64,000 nucleotides of DNA. It comes from a bacterium. Its GTDB lineage: Bacteria > SZUA-182 > DTGQ01 > JAFGSM01. Position 1 is the stretch's first letter. Each line of letters opens with the position of its first letter. Positions 56,824 through 64,000 of this stretch are shown here, in pieces. The stretch covers positions 1 to 64,000 of the forward strand of contig JBLIRN010000012.1 in NCBI GenBank assembly GCA_049472315.1, given 5' to 3'. Both the position numbers and the translations under genes were made by a program. The notes below the pieces were generated by a model, which made no database searches, was not told the DNA's origin, and was given only the letters and a program-made list of their open reading frames with translations.

Positions 56824-58142
56824 TGCTGTTCCTTCTTCGACCTGAACACGAGGCGCAGGGGGGTATAGGGAAGCCCCAGTTCGGTGCGCAGTTGATTCTG
56901 CAGATAGCGCTGATATGAGAAGTGGATTCCCTTTGGGTCATTGACGAAAAAGACAAATGTGGGGGGTTGGATGCCTACCTGGGTCTGGAAGTAGAATCGA
57001 ATCCTTCTGCCTTTGTATGCGGGTGGCGGGAACTTGGCAATCGAGGCCTCCACGATCCGGTTGAGGATTCCCGTGGAAACCCGGGTGCTGTACTGGTCCA
57101 TGACCTGTTCGACCAGGGGAAAGATCTTGTATACCCTTTGCCCGGTCAGGGCGGAGACGAAGACCATGGGGGCGTCACCAAGGTATTTCAACCGGAAGCG
57201 AAATTCCTCCTCGTTTTTTTTCATGCTCTTTTCATCCTTGGTCACCGCATCCCATTTGTTGACCACGATCACGATGGCCTTGCCCGCATCATGGGCAAAC
57301 CCGGCGATGCGCACATCCTGTTCGGTTATCCCCTGAACCGCATCGATCAGAAAGAGGGCCACATTGCAATCCTCTATATTCCGGAAGGTCTTCAGGACCG
57401 TAAGACGTTCAAGCCCCTTCTTGACCTTTTTGGGGCGGCGTATTCCCGCGGTGTCGATGATGCAATAGGAGCGGCGGTTGTAAGTGAACAGGGTATCGAT
57501 GCAGTCGCGGGTGGTCCCCGGTTCCTCGCTCACCAGGGACCTCTCCGTGCGCAGGATCTTGTTGAGAAGCGAGGATTTCCCCACGTTGGGCCGGCCGATG
57601 ATGGCGAGTCGTATCCGATCCGTGTCCTCGACGGGGGCCATTCCAGGAGGTAAAAGCGCCGCCACCCGATCCATGAGGTCGTCGATCCCTATCCCGTGGG
57701 CGGCAGAGATCGGAAGGACGGTATCCACGCCAAGGCCGAAGAAATCAGGGAGCGTGGCAGCCAGCCGATCATTGTCCACCTTATTGACCACATGCACAAA
57801 GGGTTTGCCGCCCTTGGTGAGCATAAGATGGATATCCTTGTCTGAGGGGAGCAATCCCTCCTTTGCGTCCATCATGAAAATGATGAGATCGGCCTCTTGG
57901 ATGGCGGCAACGGCCTGTTCGTGGACATTCGGTCCCTTCGAGCCCTCCAGGTCCGGGTCAAGCCCACCCGTATCGACCAGTACGAACCGCCTTTCCCCCC
58001 ATGCACAGGTGCCGTAGTTGCGGTCCCTGGTCACACCCGGCAGATCATCCACGATTGCCTTCCTCTGACCGATGAGGCGGTTGAAAAGGGTGGACTTGCC
58101 CACATTGGGCCTGCCGACGATTGCGACGATTGGGCTGGACAT
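56820..58142 (-). CDS. der: Ribosome biogenesis GTPase Der/EngA
   Basis: Two GRPNVGKS GTPase domains, DTGG/DTAG, NKVD/NKWD, KH-like tail. Confidence 0.96.
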   Translation of the reverse strand: MSSPIVAIVGRPNVGKSTLFNRLIGQRKAIVDDLPGVTRDRNYGTCAWGERRFVLVDTGGLDPDLEGSKGPNVHEQAVAAIQEADLIIFMMDAKEGLLPSDKDIHLMLTKGGKPFVHVVNKVDNDRLAATLPDFFGLGVDTVLPISAAHGIGIDDLMDRVAALLPPGMAPVEDTDRIRLAIIGRPNVGKSSLLNKILRTERSLVSEEPGTTRDCIDTLFTYNRRSYCIIDTAGIRRPKKVKKGLERLTVLKTFRNIEDCNVALFLIDAVQGITEQDVRIAGFAHDAGKAIVIVVNKWDAVTKDEKSMKKNEEEFRFRLKYLGDAPMVFVSALTGQRVYKIFPLVEQVMDQYSTRVSTGILNRIVEASIAKFPPPAYKGRRIRFYFQTQVGIQPPTFVFFVNDPKGIHFSYQRYLQNQLRTELGLPYTPLRLVFRSKKEQQ

Positions 58143-58222
58143 TCCGCTGCCTTATTGTGTGTTGAACCTACGTAAACGATAGGGGTGGAACGGTCACTGG
58201 ATGAGGCACATGGTCGGCATCA

Positions 58223-60667
58223 TTAATGGGCAACGAGCTGCTCGATTTCCGCCGGGGCGTCCTCCACCTCGTTACTTGAGCAATTGTCCGCGTGCTCCGC
58301 GGCAATCTCATCATATCCGATCAATGCCTCTTTCATCACATCTTCCATATGTTCGGCGAGCACAAAATGGATGCTCTTAAGTATCGGCTTAGGGATCTCC
58401 TTGAGGTCCTTGTCGTTTTCCTTGGGCACAATAACCGTGCTCAAGCCCGCCCGATGCGCGGCGAGGACCTTCTCCTTCACCCCGCCGATGGGGAGTACCT
58501 TACCTCTGAGGGTGATCTCACCGGTCATGGCCACATCCCCCTTCACCGGCTTGCCGGTTACCAGGGATGCAACGGCCATGGCAATGGTGATTCCTGCAGA
58601 GGGGCCATCCTTGGGAATGGCACCCTCAGGAACGTGCACATGGATCTCCTTGTTCAGGAAGAAATTCTTTGGGATGCCCAGGATCTTGCCGCGGCTTCGC
58701 ACAAAGCTCAATGCGGCCTGGGCGGACTCCTGCATGACGTCACCCAACTGGCCGGTCAGGGTCAGTTTGGATTTCCCATCCATGATCGTTGCCTCGACCA
58801 GCAGGATATCCCCTCCCGCCTCGGTCCAGGCAAGCCCGGTCGCGATCCCTACCTCGTTCTTGCGCTCCGCCCGCCTCTCCCTGTATTTGGGCAACCCGAG
58901 ATACTTGCCGAGATTCTGGGAGGTTACAACGACCTTCGATTTTTTTCCCTCCTTCACCACCCTTCGGGCCACCTTCCGGCACACCGAGGCGATCTCCCGT
59001 TCGAGATTCCTGACCCCTGCCTCCCTGGTATAGCGATGGATGATGCCCTTCAGTGAATTTTCGGAGAATTCGATGTTTTCAGATTTCAGGCCGTGTGCCT
59101 TGAGCTGTTTGGGCACGAGAAACTGCTCGGCGATCTTCACCTTTTCGTAGTCGGTATATCCGGGCAGGGTGATGATCTCCATACGATCCTGGAGGGGCTG
59201 GGGAATGCGGTGCATCACGTTGGCGGTGGTAATGAACATCACCTCCGAGAGATCATAGTCCACCTCCAGGAAATGGTCACTGAAGGTGTTGTTCTGCTCC
59301 GGATCCAGGACCTCCAGAAGCGCAGCGGATGGATCCCCACGAAAATCGGTGCTCATCTTGTCAACCTCATCCAGGATGAGGATCGGATTCTTGGATTTGG
59401 CCCTCTTCATGGACTGGATGATACGGCCGGGAAGTGCGCCGATGTATGTCCGCCGGTGTCCCCTGATCTCCGCCTCGTCCCTGACCCCTCCCAAGGAGAG
59501 CCGGACAAAGTTTCGTCCCATGGCATGGGCGATGGATCGAGCAAGGGAGGTTTTGCCGCACCCGGGCGGCCCCACGAAACAGAGGATAGGCCCCTTCATC
59601 TTTTTTACCAGCCTGCGCACCGCCAGGTACTCCAGGATCCGCTCCTTGGCCTTCTTCAACCCGTAGTGTTCATCATCAAGGATCCGCTCCGCCTCATCGA
59701 GGTTCAACTTGTCCCGTGTCCTCTTGCTCCAGGGCAGAGAGACCAGCCAGTCGATATAATTTCTCACCACCGTGGCCTCGGCGGACATGGGGGGCATCAA
59801 TTCCATCCTCTTCAGTTCCTTCAATGACTTTTCTTCCACCTCAGCGGGCATCTTGACCTCTTTGATCTTGTCTTCCAACTCCTTGATCTCACCCCGTCGG
59901 TTGTCCAGGGTGCCCAGTTCCTTCTGAATGGCCTTCATCTGCTCGTTGAGATAGTACTCCCGCTGGCTTTTCTCCATCTGTTTTTTGACCCGGCCCCGAA
60001 TCCGCCGTTCGATCTGGAGGATCTCAATCTCCGCATTCAGGATCTCCGCAAGCCTGCCCAACCGTTCCTCAGGGTGAACAGCCTCCAATATCACCTGCTT
60101 GTCATTGAGCTTGAGCGACATGTTCGATGCAATGAAATCCGCAAGCCTGCCCGGCTCTTCGATCCCGTTGACCTTTTCAAACATGTCCGCAGGCGACTTG
60201 AGGTTCAGCTTGCAGTAGGTATCGAACCGGGACAGAACGGTCCGCATCAGCGCCTCGATCTCGGGGGTCTTGTCCGCATCGACGCAAACATCCCTGCAGC
60301 AGACCTCGAAATATTCCTCCGCACCGATGAACTCGATGATCTTGCCCCGCGAGGTCCCCTCCACCAGCACCTTGATGGTGCCGTCAGGCAGCTTCAGTAC
60401 CTGGAGGATTTCGGCGATGATCCCTATGGAGAAGATATCCTTCTCAGCGGGATCATCCACCTTCGCATCCTGCTGGGTTGCCAGAAATATCCGGCTGTTG
60501 TTGCTGTTTATGGCCTTTTCGATGGCCATTATTGATTTCTTGCGTCCCACGAACAGGGGGATGATCATATTGGGAAAAACGACCACGTCCCTGAGCGGCA
60601 GGAGGGAGAGGATAAGAATATTTTCCGAATCGTTCACTTTGGCTCTTTCCTTAAAAAACATGTCCAT
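58223..60667 (-). CDS. lon: ATP-dependent Lon protease (clpPX-linked)
   Basis: LPLRDVVVFP, GPPGCGKTS, PKDGPSAG, GGVKEK. Confidence 0.96.
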   Translation of the reverse strand: MDMFFKERAKVNDSENILILSLLPLRDVVVFPNMIIPLFVGRKKSIMAIEKAINSNNSRIFLATQQDAKVDDPAEKDIFSIGIIAEILQVLKLPDGTIKVLVEGTSRGKIIEFIGAEEYFEVCCRDVCVDADKTPEIEALMRTVLSRFDTYCKLNLKSPADMFEKVNGIEEPGRLADFIASNMSLKLNDKQVILEAVHPEERLGRLAEILNAEIEILQIERRIRGRVKKQMEKSQREYYLNEQMKAIQKELGTLDNRRGEIKELEDKIKEVKMPAEVEEKSLKELKRMELMPPMSAEATVVRNYIDWLVSLPWSKRTRDKLNLDEAERILDDEHYGLKKAKERILEYLAVRRLVKKMKGPILCFVGPPGCGKTSLARSIAHAMGRNFVRLSLGGVRDEAEIRGHRRTYIGALPGRIIQSMKRAKSKNPILILDEVDKMSTDFRGDPSAALLEVLDPEQNNTFSDHFLEVDYDLSEVMFITTANVMHRIPQPLQDRMEIITLPGYTDYEKVKIAEQFLVPKQLKAHGLKSENIEFSENSLKGIIHRYTREAGVRNLEREIASVCRKVARRVVKEGKKSKVVVTSQNLGKYLGLPKYRERRAERKNEVGIATGLAWTEAGGDILLVEATIMDGKSKLTLTGQLGDVMQESAQAALSFVRSRGKILGIPKNFFLNKEIHVHVPEGAIPKDGPSAGITIAMAVASLVTGKPVKGDVAMTGEITLRGKVLPIGGVKEKVLAAHRAGLSTVIVPKENDKDLKEIPKPILKSIHFVLAEHMEDVMKEALIGYDEIAAEHADNCSSNEVEDAPAEIEQLVAH

Positions 60668-60698
60668 TTTCCGGTCATATACCCCTTGTCTTCAGTCA

Positions 60699-61946
60699 TT
60701 ATCCCACTTTCTCATACAACAACACGGGTGTTTCCTGTTTCTCGATGAACTCCTCCGTTATGACGACCTCCTTTATGCTCGTCTGAGAAGGAAGGTCATA
60801 CATAAGGTCGAGCATCACGTCTTCCAGAATCGCCCTGAGCCCCCTGGCGCCCGTCCCCTTCTTGATGGCCTTCCGTGCAATGGCGCGCAGGGCATTGTCG
60901 GTAAAACGAAGATGTACATTTTCAAATTCGAATATCTTCTGATACTGCTTTACCAGGGCGTTTTTAGGGTCCCTCAGGATCTTGATCAGGACCGGTTCAT
61001 CCAGGTCATCCAGCACGCTTACCACCGGGAGCCTTCCCACAAATTCGGGGATGAGGCCATACTTGATGAGATCCGTGTGCTCCACATGAGTCAGGGGATT
61101 CTCCTTGACATTGCCGATATCCTTCTTGCCTTCGGCCAGAAAACCGACCACCTTTTTACCCAACCTCCGTTTGATGATATCCTCCAGACCAATAAAGGCG
61201 CCGCCGCATATGAAGAGGATATCCGTGGTGTCCACCTGGATGTATTCCTGATGGGGATGCTTTCTCCCGCCCTGAGGCGGTACGCTGGCAATGGTCCCCT
61301 CGATGATCTTGAGCAGGGCCTGTTGTACACCTTCTCCGGAAACATCACGCGTGATGGAGGGACTCTCCGACTTGCGGCTGATCTTGTCGATCTCGTCAAT
61401 GTACACAATCCCCTTTTCAGCCTGCTCTACTTTATAATCGGCAGATTGGAGAAGTTTCAATATAATGTTCTCCACATCCTCGCCCACATACCCCGCCTCG
61501 GTGAGCGTGGTGGCATCCACGATGGTGAAAGGCACATCCAGTATCCTGGCAAGGGTCTGGGCAAGGAGCGTCTTCCCGCTCCCGGTCGGTCCGACCAGAA
61601 GGATGTTGCTCTTTTGGAGCTCCACATCCTGTACGTCGATGTTCGACTCCACCCGCTTATAATGGTTGTATACGGCCACCGAGAGCGCCCTCTTTGCCCG
61701 TTCCTGCCCGATAACGTATTCATCCAGTAATTCCTTCAGTTCGGATGGCTTGGGGAGCTTCCGGAATTCCTCTATTCCTTCATCGTTTATGTCGTCGGCC
61801 ATCAGCTCGTTGCACATATCGATGCATTCGTCACAGATGTAGACCTTCGGACCGGCGACCATGCGACGCACATCCTTTTCCGATTTCCCGCAAAAGGAGC
61901 ACTTCAGTCGGCTCTGTCCGTCTTTTTCCTTTGATTCCTTTGACAT
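60699..61946 (-). CDS. clpX: ATP-dependent Clp protease ATP-binding subunit ClpX
   Basis: CSFCGK zinc finger, [30 protein letters not shown]. Confidence 0.97.
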   Translation of the reverse strand: MSKESKEKDGQSRLKCSFCGKSEKDVRRMVAGPKVYICDECIDMCNELMADDINDEGIEEFRKLPKPSELKELLDEYVIGQERAKRALSVAVYNHYKRVESNIDVQDVELQKSNILLVGPTGSGKTLLAQTLARILDVPFTIVDATTLTEAGYVGEDVENIILKLLQSADYKVEQAEKGIVYIDEIDKISRKSESPSITRDVSGEGVQQALLKIIEGTIASVPPQGGRKHPHQEYIQVDTTDILFICGGAFIGLEDIIKRRLGKKVVGFLAEGKKDIGNVKENPLTHVEHTDLIKYGLIPEFVGRLPVVSVLDDLDEPVLIKILRDPKNALVKQYQKIFEFENVHLRFTDNALRAIARKAIKKGTGARGLRAILEDVMLDLMYDLPSQTSIKEVVITEEFIEKQETPVLLYEKVG

Positions 61947-61981
61947 CGTTTTAACTCCTTACCGTGCGTAATGCCCTCTGC

Positions 61982-62590
61982 CTATTTTTTGGGCTCAACA
62001 AACCTGGAGTCCTTGCTGACGATGACCTCGTCAACAAGCCCGTACTCCTTGGCCTGCTCAGGGCTCATAAAATAATCTCGTTCGGTGTCCTGCCGGATCT
62101 TTTCCAGAGGCTGGCCTGTATGGCGTACCAGGAGTTCATTGAGCTTTTCCCTCAACCTCAGGATCTCACGGGCCTGAATATCCACATCGGTGGCCTGGCC
62201 CTGGAAACCGCCCAATGGCTGGTGAATGAGGATCCTCGCATGGGGGAGGGCAAATCGCTTCCCCTTTGCCCCGGCAGCCAAAAGCAGGGCCCCCATGCTG
62301 GCAGCCTGCCCGATGCAGATGGTCGACACATCAGGCTTGATATACTGCATGGTGTCGTATATGGCGAGGCCCGACGTCACGATCCCGCCGGGAGAATTGA
62401 TATACAGGTGGATATCCTTTTCGGGGTCCTCTGCCTCCAAGAACAACAACTGGGCAATGACCAGATTGGATATGGTGTCATCAATGGGGGTGCCCACAAA
62501 GATGATCCTATCCTTCAAAAGGCGGGAATAGATATCGTACGCCCTCTCTCCCCGGCTGGTCTGCTCAACGACGATCGGCACAAGTGTCAT
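61982..62590 (-). CDS. clpP: Clp protease proteolytic subunit ClpP
   Basis: [26 protein letters not shown]; start at ATG 62590. Confidence 0.97.
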   Translation of the reverse strand: MTLVPIVVEQTSRGERAYDIYSRLLKDRIIFVGTPIDDTISNLVIAQLLFLEAEDPEKDIHLYINSPGGIVTSGLAIYDTMQYIKPDVSTICIGQAASMGALLLAAGAKGKRFALPHARILIHQPLGGFQGQATDVDIQAREILRLREKLNELLVRHTGQPLEKIRQDTERDYFMSPEQAKEYGLVDEVIVSKDSRFVEPKK

Positions 62591-62612
62591 AGCTCTGTAA
62601 CCTTTCTTTGCT

Positions 62613-63917
62613 TCACGGGGTGGGTTGCCCCTGCCTATTATCTTCATCGGCTCTCTCCGGGATTTCAATTCGGACGGCGTTTTCAACCACCACATCCATT
62701 GCCTTCTCCCTCAAAAGACCGGCACGGATCCTGTCCCAGGTCCCGTTCATCTTTGCCTTGTTCTTCAACGATTCGAAATCCTGCCTGGTCTGCAGGGACA
62801 GGATCTCAATTTGACGTTCGATCTCCCCTTCCGGGACATTCAGCCCCTCCTTACGTGCAATCCCTTCCTGCACCAGGGATAGGTGAACATCCTTCTTGGC
62901 CTTCGGCCGGAGCTCGTCGCGCACCTTCGCCCTGTCCCAATTCCCGGCGCCACCACCCATGCGCAATTGGTCCTCGATATGTGCGATCATCTCATCGAGC
63001 CTTGTTTCGACCATGCTCTCGGGTGGTTCAAACGGATTTCTTTCAAGCAGGACCTCCACAAGCTCACCCCTGGCGATATTTTCGGCCTGCCGGTCGAGGC
63101 TTGCCTGAATCTGCTCCCTGACCTCTTTTTTCAGGGACTCCAGATCATCGTATTCACCCAAATCACGGGCAAACTCATCATCCAGGGCAGGCAGGTGCTT
63201 TTTTTTGATCTCCTTGACGGTGACATCCAGTATCGCCTCCTTCCCCTGCAATGCAGGATTGGGGAAATTTTCGGGAAGCGTCATCTCCATCCTTTTGGTG
63301 TCACCCTTCCTCATGCCGATGAGGGCCTTGGTGAAATCATTCCTTCCATCGGCCTCGACCTCTCCGTCCTCCTTTTTTTTGTCCAATGGGACACCCGATA
63401 CGGTGCCGGAATAGGAGAAGAGCACGATGTCCCCTGCCTCCACTGGCCGACCCTCAACCACCTCAATGTTCGCATTCTTCTCCCTGAGCCTGGCAAGCAT
63501 GTCCTCCACATCCGCATCGGTTGCCTGGGGCTTTCCCCATTTGACCTCTATCTTGGTGTAATCCTTCGGTTCGATGAACGGTTTTACCTCAAGGGTGACC
63601 CCTACCGTGAGAGGTTTCCCCTCTTCGACAAAGAATTCATCGAATTGCGGTTCCCCAATAGGCTCCAGGGACGATTCAACGATTGCCTCACGATAATAGG
63701 TGGGCACGAGGCTCTGTATGACCTCCGATTCGATCTGCGTCCAATAAAAACGCTTCAGGATCGCCTTGGGCACCTTGCCCGGTCTGAATCCCTTGATCTT
63801 TGCCGTGGAATTAAACTGGCGATAGACCTTATCGAGCTCTTTTGAAATGATATCCTGCGGAATTTCAAATTCCAGCCGTTTCTTTTGATCTTGTTGATCC
63901 GTAACCGCTACCTTCAT
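62613..63917 (-). CDS. tig: Trigger factor
   Basis: GFRPGKVP ribosome-binding motif, FKBP-like domain, LDDEFA; upstream of clpP. Confidence 0.93.
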   Translation of the reverse strand: MKVAVTDQQDQKKRLEFEIPQDIISKELDKVYRQFNSTAKIKGFRPGKVPKAILKRFYWTQIESEVIQSLVPTYYREAIVESSLEPIGEPQFDEFFVEEGKPLTVGVTLEVKPFIEPKDYTKIEVKWGKPQATDADVEDMLARLREKNANIEVVEGRPVEAGDIVLFSYSGTVSGVPLDKKKEDGEVEADGRNDFTKALIGMRKGDTKRMEMTLPENFPNPALQGKEAILDVTVKEIKKKHLPALDDEFARDLGEYDDLESLKKEVREQIQASLDRQAENIARGELVEVLLERNPFEPPESMVETRLDEMIAHIEDQLRMGGGAGNWDRAKVRDELRPKAKKDVHLSLVQEGIARKEGLNVPEGEIERQIEILSLQTRQDFESLKNKAKMNGTWDRIRAGLLREKAMDVVVENAVRIEIPERADEDNRQGQPTP

Positions 63918-64000
63918 CCTTTCTCCATTCTCCAAATGCCATTAAACCGGCCCACAGCCTCCTACATACATGCACTCACACACTCCCTCGTATGGCTGGG

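Noticed and set aside
63936..64000. tRNA gene upstream of tig (a common arrangement)
   Set aside because: No T-loop/CCA or cloverleaf is visible within the window.

Overview
A moderately GC-rich bacterial chromosomal window using the standard genetic code; the gene content resembles Desulfobacterota/Nitrospirota-like anaerobes, but the taxon cannot be fixed from sequence. The right ~38 kb is mostly housekeeping: tig-clpP-clpX-lon-der-truA, recD2, pdxA-rsmA, mogA-holB-ricT, rluD, a second lon with Hsp20, scpB-rluB, a GT4/GH57 alpha-glucan operon and a GT2-ParB-SplB-like trio. It also holds an AT-rich HEPN gene with the boundaries of an orphan integron cassette (degenerate 59-bp attC) and four clusters of a same-strand intergenic repeat. 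The left ~25 kb is the most unusual part. It has ten paralogous ~190-aa secreted Pro/Leu/Trp/Tyr-rich proteins with a conserved Q-x-W-x-x-[LMI]-PPYN-x-[LM]-WPL-[WY] N-terminus and two hypervariable segments. These are interleaved with four sulfatase-fold enzymes carrying Thr instead of Cys/Ser at the nucleophile position (three fused to long TPR arrays), a membrane spermidine-synthase-like/TPR protein, two further secreted low-complexity proteins and two copies of a DAPEYVRC leader-like ORF. The region also has near-consensus sigma70 promoters with long leaders and a chain of SD-coupled micro-ORFs. I interpret it (inference) as an uncharacterised secreted surface-polymer/coat system with dedicated modifying enzymes. 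No rRNA, tRNA, CRISPR array, integrase or transposase was found.
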